Below, in pieces: positions 18,746 through 29,284 of a stretch of DNA of 64,000 nt (position 1 is the stretch's first letter; each line of letters begins with the position of its first letter). The position numbers and the translations under genes were made by a program. The DNA comes from Candidatus Altiarchaeota archaeon (GTDB lineage: Archaea; Altiarchaeota; Altiarchaeia; IMC4; QMZM01): assembly GCA_038891095.1 (NCBI GenBank), contig JAWAEV010000002.1, positions 53,042 to 117,041 of the forward strand, in the 5' to 3' direction. The notes beneath the pieces were generated by a model. It was not told the origin of the DNA. It worked only from the letters and a program-made list of their open reading frames with translations, and did no database searches.

Positions 18746-19966
18746 TTACTTACCTCTTAAAGCTTCCACTGCAGGTAATGAATAACCAGCTAACATTGAA
18801 ATGCAAGCTCCACCACCCGAAGAAATATGCGTTATCTTATCCTCTACATTTAATTTTCTTACAGATGCAACCAAATGACCACCGCCAACAACAGAGAAAG
18901 CATTTCTATTATCTGCAATTTCTTTCACAATTTCTTCAGTTCCAATAGCAAATTTCTCATCTTCAAAAACACCAAGAGCACCTTTTGCAAATACAGTACC
19001 AGATTTTCTTATAATCTCCTTAAATTTTTCAATTGTTTTTCTACCGATGTCTTTAATTACGTAATTTCTTGGAAGTTCACTGACATCAATTTCAAATCTC
19101 TCATCTTTGTAATCCAATGCTAAATCAACTGGAGTTATTATCTTGTCATCATATTTATCAAGCAAGGCTTTTGCAACATCAATTTGTTCTATTAATCCCT
19201 TACCACGAATAAATTCTATACTTGGTTCACCTATGCGGTAGCCCTTAGCAACTAAAAAAATATTGCCGACTAAGCCACCAGCAAGTATGTAGTCAGTTCC
19301 ATTGCTCAAGGCTTTTTCAGCTGCTTTAAAAGAATCATCAGCTTTTGTGCCGCCAAGAACAAAAGTTACAGGTTTTTTTGGGGTTTTCATAATTTTATCT
19401 ATAATTTTAATCTCCCTCTCCATTAATCTACCAGCGCAGCATGGTAAAACTTCTGGAAAGCCAACAAGAGATGGTTGAGAACGATGAGCTGTTCCAAAGG
19501 CATCATCAACATAAATGTCTATAACTGATGAGAGTTTTCTTACCATATGTGTTTTTGCTTGGACATCTGCTGGTCTTATGATATTTTCTTCAGCACAAAA
19601 TCTTGAATTTTCGAGCATTATGATATCACCACTTTTCATTTTCTTTATTTCATTTATAACATACGAACTGAAAACACAGTCAATGTATCTTATTTTATGT
19701 TCAATGACCTTAGAGAGCAATTCTGCATGTTTTTCAAGTGTTGTAAAATCTGGGTCGCCTGGCCTGCCTTGATGCGCAATTATAACAACTTTTGCTTTCT
19801 TCTCTATTAACTCTTGTAGAGTTTTCTTGTGAGATAGAAATCTTCTGTCATCCATTATTTCATTAGTTTTTTGATTTATTGGACTGTTAACATCAATCCT
19901 CACAAGAACAACTTTCCCTTTAAAATCAAAATCATCCATTGTTTTTATTTTATACTCAGAAATCAT
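18746..19966 (-). CDS. pgk: Phosphoglycerate kinase
   Basis: 'VRIDVNSP', 'HQGRPG', 'DAFGTAHR', 'LGGTK', 'HISSGGGA'. Confidence 0.96.
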   Translation of the reverse strand: MISEYKIKTMDDFDFKGKVVLVRIDVNSPINQKTNEIMDDRRFLSHKKTLQELIEKKAKVVIIAHQGRPGDPDFTTLEKHAELLSKVIEHKIRYIDCVFSSYVINEIKKMKSGDIIMLENSRFCAEENIIRPADVQAKTHMVRKLSSVIDIYVDDAFGTAHRSQPSLVGFPEVLPCCAGRLMEREIKIIDKIMKTPKKPVTFVLGGTKADDSFKAAEKALSNGTDYILAGGLVGNIFLVAKGYRIGEPSIEFIRGKGLIEQIDVAKALLDKYDDKIITPVDLALDYKDERFEIDVSELPRNYVIKDIGRKTIEKFKEIIRKSGTVFAKGALGVFEDEKFAIGTEEIVKEIADNRNAFSVVGGGHLVASVRKLNVEDKITHISSGGGACISMLAGYSLPAVEALRGK

Positions 19967-20130
19967 TTTCTTTACCTCAAATTTTTATAAATAATTAAAA
20001 AGGAATAAATTTAAAGTAAGAGAAATAAGAAGCTAGCGAAACACTAAGAGCTGGTACATAATAGAATTCATATAACTCTTCATTTGGGAATACTAAAAAC
20101 ATACCGCAATAAAAATAAAATTCTTGCACA

Positions 20131-20862
20131 CTAAACAGATTCAATCCTCGGAGCAAGATAATAAAGAACTCTTCCTTCACCAATTGCATATTCAATTTTT
20201 ATTGGTGCATCAGTTTTAAGCTTTAGGATTACTATTGATTGTACATCTGCTGCTCTCAATAAGTTGTTCAATTGATCTAAAGCAAAGACAGCTCTTGCAT
20301 CTTTTTTGACATCTTTGCTTAAGATATTTTCATCTGGAAGTTTTATGTCAACACTACCAGTATCACCTTCTGCTCTTATACTAAAACCACCATCAATCGA
20401 CAAGGCAACATGATTGCTAACAAGTTCTGCATCTTTTAGTGCTTCCTTTAATGTGTTCGCACCAATTTTCACTTCAGCAGTAAAATCAACAACTGGCTCT
20501 TTTGGTGGAGCTGTAGAAGATTCAATTACCGAAAGTGAAAAATTTCTTGTTGTTTCCCCTTTAAATATCATATTGAATCTCTTATCTAAGGATAATTCTA
20601 TCTTATCTTCAGGTCTTAACCTTTTTGTTATCTTAAGTAATTCTGAAAAATCTATACCTATACTAATTGGTTTCTCTACTTTGTATTTCTCAAATGCAGA
20701 TGCTTTTAGCTCGAAATCAACAAGTGCAATTTGCGATGGATCCATTGCCCTTAATTTTAAACCTTCCTTTGTTATTTGTAGAGTTCCCTCATCGATCAAT
20801 GCAGCAATTGCATCAATTGAATTTTTCCATGATTTCGTGTCAGATATAGTTGCTGAAAACAT
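20131..20862 (-). CDS. pcn: DNA polymerase sliding clamp PCNA
   Basis: 'RAMDPSQIALV', C-terminal 'YYLAPR'. Confidence 0.96.
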   Translation of the reverse strand: MFSATISDTKSWKNSIDAIAALIDEGTLQITKEGLKLRAMDPSQIALVDFELKASAFEKYKVEKPISIGIDFSELLKITKRLRPEDKIELSLDKRFNMIFKGETTRNFSLSVIESSTAPPKEPVVDFTAEVKIGANTLKEALKDAELVSNHVALSIDGGFSIRAEGDTGSVDIKLPDENILSKDVKKDARAVFALDQLNNLLRAADVQSIVILKLKTDAPIKIEYAIGEGRVLYYLAPRIESV

Positions 20863-20948
20863 TTTTCCTAAAAATATTTCCTAATATACTATGATTTATT
20901 AATTAAAAGGCAAATCTTTAAAAAGCAAGAAAAGCTAATACATTAGAA

Positions 20949-22424
20949 ATGGAAAAAAATTTAGATGAATTAATAAAAGAGAGGGAGAGAAAATATCAAG
21001 AAATTTTATCTTCTGGAGTTTATCCTCATGGAAAGAAATTTGAGCGGTCCTCAAGCATATTTGGGATTATAGAAAAATTCTCTAAAATAGAAGCTGGGGA
21101 AAAACTTGATAGCGAAAAAGTCAAAATTGCTGGTAGGATAAGGTCCATTAGGGAGCATGGAAAGTTAATTTTCTATGATATCGAAGACTTCACTGCAAGG
21201 ATTCAGGTAGTATTTGATGTCAAATTCTTAGGAGAGAAAAATTTTAAATTTCTTGAAAAATTTAATGTTGGAGATTTTATTGGAATAGAAGGTTTTATAG
21301 GAAAAACAAAAATAGGCGAGCTCTCAGTTTGGGCAGAAAGATATGAGCTATTGAATAAAGCATTAAGACCATTACCACATGAGTGGTATGGTTTGAAAGA
21401 TGTTGAGGTTAGGTACAGAGAAAGATATCTTGACCTAATTATGAATCCAAAAGTTAGAGAAATTTTCATAAAAAGAGCACTTATAATAAAGGCGATGCGT
21501 GAATTCTTGGAAAATAATGGTTATATCGAAGTGAACACTCCTGTCCTGCAGCCAATTTATGGAGGAGCATTAGCAAAACCCTTCACAACATATCATAATG
21601 AATTAAAAAGAACTCTCTATCTAAGAATTTCTCCGGAGTTATACCTTAAGAGAGCAATTGTTGGTGGATTTGAAAAGGTTTATGAGATAACAGTAAATTT
21701 CAGAAATGAAGGAATTGACACTAAGCATAATCCTGAATTTACAATGCTTGAAACAATGTGGGCTTATGCTAACTATGAAGATAATATGAAATTTTGTGAG
21801 GAAATGATAGAATATATCGCTAAAAGAGTTTTGCAAAAAACAAAAATAACATATCAAGAAAAAGAAATAAATTTAAAAGCACCTTTTAAAAGGATTACGA
21901 TGTATGATGCAATTAAGGAATACTTGAATATAAATGTAGAAAAAGAAAGTGATGCAAATTTGAGAAAATTTTTAATAGAAAAAAATTTAAAAGTTCCAAG
22001 TTATGCTTCTCGGGGCTATTTAATTTCAGAAATTTTCAATTTAGTGGAAGGTAAAATAGAGCAACCAACTTTCATAACAGATTTCCCAGTTGAAGTTTCA
22101 CCATTAGCAAAAACTAAGGCTGAAAATCCACAACTTACAGAAAGATTTGAATTAATTATTCTTGGCCAAGAATATGCTAATTCTTACAGCGAGGAAAATA
22201 ATCCTAAAGAACAAAGAAGGAAACTTCAAGAACAAGCAAAATTAAGAAAAAAAGGCAGTGAAGAAGCGCATATGATGGATGAAGATTTCATTAAAGCTTT
22301 AGAATATGGAATGCCGCCAACTTCTGGCCTTGGTATAGGTGTTGATAGATTAGTTATGCTCTTAACTGATTCAGCATCAATAAGAGAAGTAATAATGTTC
22401 CCAATTTTGAAGGAGGAAAAATAG
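20949..22424 (+). CDS. lysS: Lysyl-tRNA synthetase, class II
   Basis: OB-fold, 'RYRERYLDL', 'YLRISPELYLKR', 'FRNEGID', 'YGMPPTSGLGIGVDR'. Confidence 0.96.
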   Translation: MEKNLDELIKERERKYQEILSSGVYPHGKKFERSSSIFGIIEKFSKIEAGEKLDSEKVKIAGRIRSIREHGKLIFYDIEDFTARIQVVFDVKFLGEKNFKFLEKFNVGDFIGIEGFIGKTKIGELSVWAERYELLNKALRPLPHEWYGLKDVEVRYRERYLDLIMNPKVREIFIKRALIIKAMREFLENNGYIEVNTPVLQPIYGGALAKPFTTYHNELKRTLYLRISPELYLKRAIVGGFEKVYEITVNFRNEGIDTKHNPEFTMLETMWAYANYEDNMKFCEEMIEYIAKRVLQKTKITYQEKEINLKAPFKRITMYDAIKEYLNINVEKESDANLRKFLIEKNLKVPSYASRGYLISEIFNLVEGKIEQPTFITDFPVEVSPLAKTKAENPQLTERFELIILGQEYANSYSEENNPKEQRRKLQEQAKLRKKGSEEAHMMDEDFIKALEYGMPPTSGLGIGVDRLVMLLTDSASIREVIMFPILKEEK

Positions 22425-22508
22425 AAATAAAAAGTTAAGATTACTCAATCAAAGAAATGCCTAAAAATCAAATTCTGATATTTCATTTTTAAATTCTATA
22501 TCCTTAAT

Positions 22509-22566
22509 GCTCTGTGATGAATGATGGGCGATCTGATCAATGAGGATGCGAACAACCACTGAGAGC
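22509..22566 (+). ncRNA. C/D-box methylation guide sRNA, predicted to target the 23S rRNA A-loop (helix 92)
   Basis: Terminal stem GCTC/GAGC. Box C GTGATGA (22514), D' CTGA (22533), C' ATGAGGA (22540), D CTGA (22559). Two 12-nt guides are complementary to the conserved GGYUGUUCGCCCAU. Confidence 0.9.
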
Positions 22567-22604
22567 GAAATTTCATTCTTTAAGTGAGAAAATTAAAATC
22601 AAAA

Positions 22605-23492
22605 ATGAAACAATTTAAATATGATGCTGAGAAGGCAATAGAGCATGTAATGGAAACTAACTCAATAAGAAAAATTTTCTGGCACATGGATGAGAAAGTT
22701 CCAAAGCTGAGATATGGAATTCAGCAAGGTGATGATTCTGTGATTGTTGAAAATTTAGTTGCAAATATGGAGGGTCCATATCCCTTAAAAATTGGTAGAA
22801 AAACCGGCTTAATTCATACTTGCTCTGATATTGTCGTTATGGGGGCAAAGCCATTATTTGCTTTAAATGCAATGCAAGTTTCTAACATGAAAGAAGCAAA
22901 TGAAACTGCTGAAGATATAAAAAAGCAGAGCATTGGTTTAGGAGTGCCAATTATTGGTGGCAACACGCAAATGGAAAAAATGTTAGAACCATGTGTTTCT
23001 TTTGTTGTAATAGGGAAATTAATTAGCAAGGAAATTCCGGATTCTGGGGCAGTTGAAAATGATAGTTTGCTTATCTTAGGAGATGTGATTGAAGGCGAAA
23101 TTGGTGAAAGAGTTTATAGAGCAAATGTAAAATTTAAAACATTTCTTGAAATTTTAGAAAAAGGCATAGATGTGCATGCATCAAAGGATTGTTCAAGAGG
23201 TGGATGGTTCGGAAATTTAGCAGAAATGCTAATAAAATCAAAAAAAGGAGCTGAAATTACCTCAGTTCCATATCCAAGACTTTCACATTATATGGGAAAT
23301 TACATAATTTCTGTTCCAGAAAATGAAGTTAGGAAGATTATTGAAATTTCAATGAAGAATAATTGTCCAGTTGTTGAGATAGGTAAGGTCACATCAGAGC
23401 AAAAAATTTCAATTGGCAAAGAAGTTTTGATAACAAAAAAGAGAATGCTATCTCTGATAAAAAAATTTCCATTCAAAAAGGCAAAATTTTAA
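22605..23492 (+). CDS. AIR synthase-related (PurM/ThiL/SelD-like) protein
   Basis: 'GDDSVI', 'SDIVVMGAKP', 'IIGGNT', 'KDCSRGG'. Substrate unknown. Confidence 0.78.
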   Translation: MKQFKYDAEKAIEHVMETNSIRKIFWHMDEKVPKLRYGIQQGDDSVIVENLVANMEGPYPLKIGRKTGLIHTCSDIVVMGAKPLFALNAMQVSNMKEANETAEDIKKQSIGLGVPIIGGNTQMEKMLEPCVSFVVIGKLISKEIPDSGAVENDSLLILGDVIEGEIGERVYRANVKFKTFLEILEKGIDVHASKDCSRGGWFGNLAEMLIKSKKGAEITSVPYPRLSHYMGNYIISVPENEVRKIIEISMKNNCPVVEIGKVTSEQKISIGKEVLITKKRMLSLIKKFPFKKAKF

Positions 23493-23971
23493 TTTTTCTT
23501 TTTTAAATTTATGCAAACATAACTGATTAGAATGCCAATTAATGCTCCAGCAAAAACATCATGAGGATAGTGTGCCCCTAAGTAAATTCTTGTGATTCCG
23601 ATTGAAATAGCATAAATTAGATAGAACACAAAGACGGGCATTTCTGATAAAAGGAATAACACTGGAACAAAAACTAATGCTGTGTGCATGCTCGGGAATG
23701 AGCCTAATGGATTTTTGCATTCTATGAAATGCACTTGCAATTCAGCACATGGTCTTGGTGCCAGGACCAAATTTTTTATTGCTATTACAATGAGAAAAGT
23801 TATAATAACTGACAAAACGAAATTGTAAAAATTTTTCTTTTTGTATAGAATATAAAGAGCGATTAGTGGTATAACAACAATGTAGCTATCAGTTAATGCC
23901 AAAGCTATCTTATCAACTAATGGTGATTTTATTTCTTGGACAAAAAAAATCAGCTGCTTTTCATTTATCAT
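23489..23971 (-). CDS. PAP2 family membrane phosphatase
   Basis: 'K...PRP', 'SFPSMH', 'TRIYLGAHYPHDV'. Confidence 0.9.
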   Translation of the reverse strand: MINEKQLIFFVQEIKSPLVDKIALALTDSYIVVIPLIALYILYKKKNFYNFVLSVIITFLIVIAIKNLVLAPRPCAELQVHFIECKNPLGSFPSMHTALVFVPVLFLLSEMPVFVFYLIYAISIGITRIYLGAHYPHDVFAGALIGILISYVCINLKKKN

Positions 23972-24092
23972 AAATTTATATTCACAGGAAAAGAAAATAA
24001 ATCCAATCAAAATTAATTGAAAAGACAAGATATTTCGCTTTTCTTAAAATGCAACCATACTATCCAAAAAAATACCTTAGTTTAACTATCCC

Positions 24093-25184
24093 TTAAATCC
24101 TTTTCTGATATAATCTCTCCTTTCTATATCCCTCCACTATATCCTCTAATGAAAATTTTTTCTCCTCAGACTTCTGGATAACTTTTTTTTCAATATAAAA
24201 AAATCCGCAAATTTCTCTGACATTATCAGTACTCCTAACTGAAAAGCCGTTATTTTCTAAATGTTTTTTGGCTTCTGTATTATCTGTGAAAAAAATTTCT
24301 ACATCTTTTATTTTTTCAAAATCAAAATTTTTAACTTTCCCATTTATGATCACAAATTTTGATATTTCAGGAAAAATTGTCAATGCAAATGCTTCTTTAT
24401 TTGCAATTTTACGCCAAACTTCTTTCATTTTCTCAAATTCATTAAGCTTAGAATTTGCATTATCCAGAAGTAATTTTAAGTTTTTTATTGTGTTATCCCT
24501 CTTTGTAATCTCCTCATCCTTTTTCAACTCTAATGTATAATCCATCTTAGCTTTCTTTAAAAGAAATCTCAATTTTTTCAACTCATCTTCTTTTTCAGAA
24601 ATTTTCTCTTTCAGAAATGAGATCTCCTCTCTAAGCTCCTTCTCTTTTGATTTTTCGTAGACATAAACTTCTTTGTGTTTTTTATCTTGCTCCTTTACTT
24701 TTGCATTTATCTCTTTTTTCATAGATAAAATTTCCCCTTTTGCGGGTTTATCTAATTTCTTTACATTTTCTCCTTGCAAAAGTAGGTGCTTCATTTCATC
24801 ACTTAATTGCATGTTTGTATCTAAAAATTTTTTTCTTGCGAAATTAAATGCTGTAATAGCAGCGGCTAATGCATCTCTTTGATGATTGTCCATTACTTTA
24901 TAACTTTTTGTGAGAAGATTTTTTTCATGAACATGCAAAGATTCCTTTGGTACAAACAATTTTGCACCCAATTTTGTTGCTAAATTTGAAACAAAAGTTG
25001 GGCAGGGATTTACATCAGTTGCTATTAGAGAGGCCTTTCCTTTCTCTATAATCTTTTCTATAACACCTCTAAGACCTATATTTTTAGAACTCAACAATTC
25101 TAATAACTCACCATTAAAATTTAGAATTGCTATTCCTGTTGTTGTTCCAGGATCAATACCTACAATGAGATACAATTTATCCAA
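24093..25184 (-). CDS. DUF460 family protein (RNase H-like N-terminus plus coiled coil)
   Basis: 'IVGIDPGTTTGIA', 'ATDVNP', 'HQRDALAAA'. Confidence 0.85.
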   Translation of the reverse strand: MDKLYLIVGIDPGTTTGIAILNFNGELLELLSSKNIGLRGVIEKIIEKGKASLIATDVNPCPTFVSNLATKLGAKLFVPKESLHVHEKNLLTKSYKVMDNHQRDALAAAITAFNFARKKFLDTNMQLSDEMKHLLLQGENVKKLDKPAKGEILSMKKEINAKVKEQDKKHKEVYVYEKSKEKELREEISFLKEKISEKEDELKKLRFLLKKAKMDYTLELKKDEEITKRDNTIKNLKLLLDNANSKLNEFEKMKEVWRKIANKEAFALTIFPEISKFVIINGKVKNFDFEKIKDVEIFFTDNTEAKKHLENNGFSVRSTDNVREICGFFYIEKKVIQKSEEKKFSLEDIVEGYRKERLYQKRI

Positions 25185-26544
25185 CTTTTAATTTTATTTG
25201 TTTTTCTCTTACGGGGTATTCTCCAGTCAAACAAGCCAAGCATAGATTTTCTTTTTCTATCCCAATTGATTTAACTAAGCCATCAAGTGAGTTATAGTAT
25301 AGTGAGTCAGCACCAATTTCTTTACATATTTCCTCAACTGTCTTCTCTGAAGCTATGAATTCTTTTCTTGTTTTCATATCAACCCCATAAAAACATGGGT
25401 ATTTTAATGGTGGACATGTTATTCTAACATGAACTTTTTTTGCACCTGCTTTCTTAAGTAAATTCACTAGATTTTTTATTGTTGTTCCACGGACAATTGA
25501 ATCGTCAATAAGGATAATTTCTTTTCCTTTTATTTCCGATACAACTGGTGAGAGCTTAACTTTAACACTTGACTCGCGAATTTTCTGTTCAGGCATTATA
25601 AAAGTCCTACCTGTGTATCTGTTCTTTATTAAACTTTCAGAGTATTTTATTCCTGATGCGTGATGATAGCCAATGGCAGCAGTAATCCCAGAATCTGGAA
25701 CAGCTGTAACAATGTCTGCTTTTGTTGGTTTTTCCTCGTATAAATTTTTACCAAGATTTTTTCTTGTTTGATAAACTGGAATTCCATTAATAAATGAATC
25801 TGATCTTGAAAAGTAAACATATTCAAACATGCAATGTTTTTGTTTTTCTATTCTACCAATTTCAGAGATCATATTATTTCCATTGAAAATTATTATCTCT
25901 CCTGGTTTAACATCTCTCAAATGAATAGCACTTAAAATATCAAATGCGCATGTTTCAGATGCAACCACATAGCCAGAAGGTAGTTTTCCTAAACATAGTG
26001 GTCTAAAACCCCAAGGATCTCTTACAGCAATTAATTCACCTTTATCATTTAACATTGTCAATGAATAAGCACCATCAAGTAATCTCATAGCATTTTTTAA
26101 ACCTTCCATAAAATTTTCTGTTTTTATATGTTCATGAGCAATTAACTGAGCTATAACTTCAGTGTCTGATGTTGTTGAAAATACTGCCCCTTTTCTTTCT
26201 AAAATTTCTTTTATGTCTTGATAGTTAGTTAAATTTCCATTATGTGCAATTGCAAATGTCCCTTTGGAATAAGTTATCATTAAAGGCTGAGAATTTTTTA
26301 TTTCAGATGATCCAGTTGTTGAGTATCTAACATGTCCAATTCCAACATTTCCTTGCATGTAAATATTTTTAAAAACATCCACAACTAAACCCATTTCTTT
26401 ATGTAAGTGAATTTTTCCATCAGAAAAAGTTGCTATTCCAGCAGACTCTTGGCCACGATGTTGCATACTATATAACCCAAAATAAATTTTACTAAAAACT
26501 TCCTCTTCTGATATAATTCCAAAAACAGCGCACTTTTCCTTCAT
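25177..26544 (-). CDS. purF: Amidophosphoribosyltransferase
   Basis: Ntn Cys 'EKCAVFG', 'QHRGQESAG', 'DDSIVRGTT', Fe-S Cys in CMFE/CFYG/CLAC. Confidence 0.96.
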   Translation of the reverse strand: MKEKCAVFGIISEEEVFSKIYFGLYSMQHRGQESAGIATFSDGKIHLHKEMGLVVDVFKNIYMQGNVGIGHVRYSTTGSSEIKNSQPLMITYSKGTFAIAHNGNLTNYQDIKEILERKGAVFSTTSDTEVIAQLIAHEHIKTENFMEGLKNAMRLLDGAYSLTMLNDKGELIAVRDPWGFRPLCLGKLPSGYVVASETCAFDILSAIHLRDVKPGEIIIFNGNNMISEIGRIEKQKHCMFEYVYFSRSDSFINGIPVYQTRKNLGKNLYEEKPTKADIVTAVPDSGITAAIGYHHASGIKYSESLIKNRYTGRTFIMPEQKIRESSVKVKLSPVVSEIKGKEIILIDDSIVRGTTIKNLVNLLKKAGAKKVHVRITCPPLKYPCFYGVDMKTRKEFIASEKTVEEICKEIGADSLYYNSLDGLVKSIGIEKENLCLACLTGEYPVREKQIKLKVG

Positions 26545-26604
26545 GTTATATTAATCCTTGTTCCTATAATATATACTTCTTTTCAAAAAGTTAAATATTG
26601 AAAA

Positions 26605-27189
26605 ATGAAAATTTTTGGTTATTATTTCAATGTTGTTGAGTTGATAATTGCAATAAATATTTTAGCTTTTATTTTCATCTTAATAACTCCAGAATTTATG
26701 ATATCAAATTTTGGTTTAGTACCTGTTGCATTCATAGAAAAACCATGGACATTAATAACGAGCATTTTTTTGCATGGTAGTTTTGATCATATCTTTGCAA
26801 ATATGGTAACTCTATTCTTCTTTGGCTTTTATCTTCACAGCTTAGTTGGTGAGAAAGAATTTCTAAAAATTTATTTTCTTGGTGGTTTAGCAGGAAGTTT
26901 TCTACATCTTGTTTTAAATTATAACAGCACAATACCTGCAATTGGTGCTTCTGGAGCAATTTTTTCAGTTGGCGCAGCACTTGCTGTTCTAAGGCCAAAT
27001 CAACCAGTCTTGCTTTTCTTTTTTATTCCAATGCGTTTATGGACATCAATATTTCTTGGTTTTATACTCCTATCTTTTATTCCAGGAGTTTCATGGCAAG
27101 GTCATTTAGGTGGATTGATAGTTGGTTTAATTTTCGGCAATATGCTAAAAAAGAAATCTCAGGAGTTTTATATCATTAGAGAATTCTGA
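26605..27189 (+). CDS. Rhomboid family intramembrane serine protease
   Basis: 'FLHGSFDHIFAN', 'GASG', 'HLGG'. Confidence 0.92.
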   Translation: MKIFGYYFNVVELIIAINILAFIFILITPEFMISNFGLVPVAFIEKPWTLITSIFLHGSFDHIFANMVTLFFFGFYLHSLVGEKEFLKIYFLGGLAGSFLHLVLNYNSTIPAIGASGAIFSVGAALAVLRPNQPVLLFFFIPMRLWTSIFLGFILLSFIPGVSWQGHLGGLIVGLIFGNMLKKKSQEFYIIREF

Positions 27190-27205
27190 AAAAATTAAAG
27201 TAAAA

Positions 27206-27487
27206 TCAAATGAATTTTATCTTATACTTCTTTTTTATTCTATCTTCTGGTCTTGAAATCAAAAGAGTTCCATCAATTTTAACTTCCGCACCAGAAGGGA
27301 GTTTTAACTTAAGAACAATGCAATTTTTTGGCAAAATTTTTTTTCCTTTTTCTGTTTTTAATTTTATTGTGTTTCTTGTTTCATCTATAATAACTCCTTT
27401 GCATTTATAGCCATTATGTGTTGCCTCAATGATTTCTGCCTCTAAGCCGATAATTTCATGCCTCAAAACATTCCATGGAGTTATCAT
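27206..27487 (-). CDS. rnp1: Ribonuclease P protein component 1 (Rpp29)
   Basis: 'HEIIGL', 'IIDETRNT', 'RPEDRIKK'. Canonical position after SUI1. Confidence 0.93.
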   Translation of the reverse strand: MITPWNVLRHEIIGLEAEIIEATHNGYKCKGVIIDETRNTIKLKTEKGKKILPKNCIVLKLKLPSGAEVKIDGTLLISRPEDRIKKKYKIKFI

Positions 27488-27490
27488 ATC

Positions 27491-27787
27491 TTAAAGAACA
27501 CTGATTGAATTTTCAGAAAATCCTATGCTAACGAGAACATCTTTAACTTTATGCGAGTGGTCTCCTTGCAGCTCTATTTGTCCGTTTTTTGATGTGCCTC
27601 CACAAGCAAGTTTTTTCTTTAGTTCTGTAGCTATCTTATCTATATCTACATTCTGGAAGCCATCTACAATTGTCACAACTTTTCCATATCTCCTTTTATC
27701 AACTCTAACTCTAATCTTCTGCTCCTCTCTTGAAATCTCTTCACAAACGCATAACTCCTTTGGAAGTCCACACTTTTGACAGATCAT
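27491..27787 (-). CDS. sui1: Translation initiation factor SUI1/aIF1
   Basis: '[10 protein letters not shown]', 'LACGGT', 'IELQGDH'. Confidence 0.95.
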   Translation of the reverse strand: MICQKCGLPKELCVCEEISREEQKIRVRVDKRRYGKVVTIVDGFQNVDIDKIATELKKKLACGGTSKNGQIELQGDHSHKVKDVLVSIGFSENSISVL

Positions 27788-28002
27788 CTCTCCTTAGAAA
27801 TTTTATTCTCAGAAATTTTTTTATGTGTTAAAATTCTTGCGATTGTTCTTTTTATAGCTCTAACTTTTCCTGCATCTTCAGGAACTCCACCAGAAGCAAT
27901 CACACCACGAATTTTCATCAAATCTCTTCTCAACTCAGAAAGATGTGCTTCAAGATCTTCAGAGCTCATATCTAAAATTTCTTTATATCTTAATATTGCC
28001 AT
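27784..28002 (-). CDS. rpl29: 50S ribosomal protein L29
   Basis: '[10 protein letters not shown]', operon position. Confidence 0.93.
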   Translation of the reverse strand: MAILRYKEILDMSSEDLEAHLSELRRDLMKIRGVIASGGVPEDAGKVRAIKRTIARILTHKKISENKISKER

Positions 28003-28049
28003 TTGTATTTTCTATATTAATTAATCTAATTAGGGGTATATAAATAAAA

Positions 28050-28826
28050 TCAGGTATCCTCTTTTTTGCTATTATCATCACTAATATTTTCAGATTTTTT
28101 CTCTTTTTCCTTTTTTGACTTCTTCTTTTTCACTTCTTTATCTTTATGTTCATCAGTTTTTTCATTAGATTCTTCTGCTTTGACATCTTTAGTTTCTTGT
28201 TCTTTTTCTTTTGTTTCTTCAGTCTTGCTAATTTCTTTAACTTTAAATCTATCTGGAAATTCAACATCAGGAGGCACTATTTTTACTGTAACTCCAATAA
28301 CACCTGCTTTTAGATATGCCTGTTTTGTACCAATTCTTACAAGTTTTGTTGAATCACCTGCCTTTTTCATATAACCTTCAGAATATTTTTCTGCTCTTGC
28401 CCTACCACCTTTTCCAATAATTTTTCCTGCTAATATAATCTCAACTCCTTGTGCGCCTGCATTCATAATTGCTCTTATTGCTTTATAGACAACTCTCCTT
28501 CTGTTCATCCCTTTCTCAAGTGCAGAAACTATTCTTCTTGCTATGATATTTGGATCCAAAGTTGGATTTTCTACTTTTTGCACATCTACAGAAGGATTTT
28601 CAATATTGTATTTCTCTTTTAAAATTTGAGTTAACTTATCTATCCTCTTACCTTTTTTTCCTATAACAAGTGGGGGCTTTTCAACATATAATGTAACTCT
28701 AGTTGAAAGTAATGTTTTTTGTATATTCATTCCAGAATAACCAGCAGAATCTAACTCTTTCTTAAGAAAATTTTCAATTTCAGACCTTATTTTACCCTCC
28801 TGGATGAAATATTTTGTAATTGCCAT
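28050..28826 (-). CDS. rps3: 30S ribosomal protein S3 with charged C-terminal tail
   Basis: KH domain 'VIGKKGKRI', 'GAQGVEI', 'GVIGVTVKI'. Confidence 0.95.
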   Translation of the reverse strand: MAITKYFIQEGKIRSEIENFLKKELDSAGYSGMNIQKTLLSTRVTLYVEKPPLVIGKKGKRIDKLTQILKEKYNIENPSVDVQKVENPTLDPNIIARRIVSALEKGMNRRRVVYKAIRAIMNAGAQGVEIILAGKIIGKGGRARAEKYSEGYMKKAGDSTKLVRIGTKQAYLKAGVIGVTVKIVPPDVEFPDRFKVKEISKTEETKEKEQETKDVKAEESNEKTDEHKDKEVKKKKSKKEKEKKSENISDDNSKKEDT

Positions 28827-28827
28827 T

Positions 28828-29283
28828 CTAAGCTTCTTTAGCAGTAATTTGAATATTCACAAGTTGGCTTACCCTTCTTTGATATCTACCCTTTGGTTTT
28901 CTCTTAACTCTCGAAATCCCTTTTAGAGTTACAGCATTGATTATCTTCAACTTTTCAGTGTTAAGTCCCTTGTATTCAGAATTTTTCTCTAAGTTATTTA
29001 AAATTTTTAGTATTTCAAATGCTGCTTTTTTTGGATATTTTGCAATTGCATCTTTGCCTAGGCCTTTTTTGTGAGCAATATTCTTTTTAAATCTTCTAAA
29101 AGGAATTGCTCTTTTTAGGGAGATAACATCACTTAGCAAATTTTTTGCTTTTTGTAATTCCATTCCTTTAATTCTCTCGCAGACAATAACTGCATTTTTA
29201 AGAGAGATATCCAAATCTCTACCCATAGCTCTTGCAATTTTAACTTTCTCTTCTTTTGGAATATAAGCATAGTCAATCTCCAT
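28828..29283 (-). CDS. rpl22: 50S ribosomal protein L22
   Basis: 'KYPKKAA', 'NSEYKGL', operon position. Confidence 0.93.
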   Translation of the reverse strand: MEIDYAYIPKEEKVKIARAMGRDLDISLKNAVIVCERIKGMELQKAKNLLSDVISLKRAIPFRRFKKNIAHKKGLGKDAIAKYPKKAAFEILKILNNLEKNSEYKGLNTEKLKIINAVTLKGISRVKRKPKGRYQRRVSQLVNIQITAKEA

Positions 29284-29284
29284 T

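Noticed and set aside
19995-20195. 66-aa ORF between pcn and pgk
   Set aside because: It overlaps PCNA, has no convincing start and no recognisable motif.
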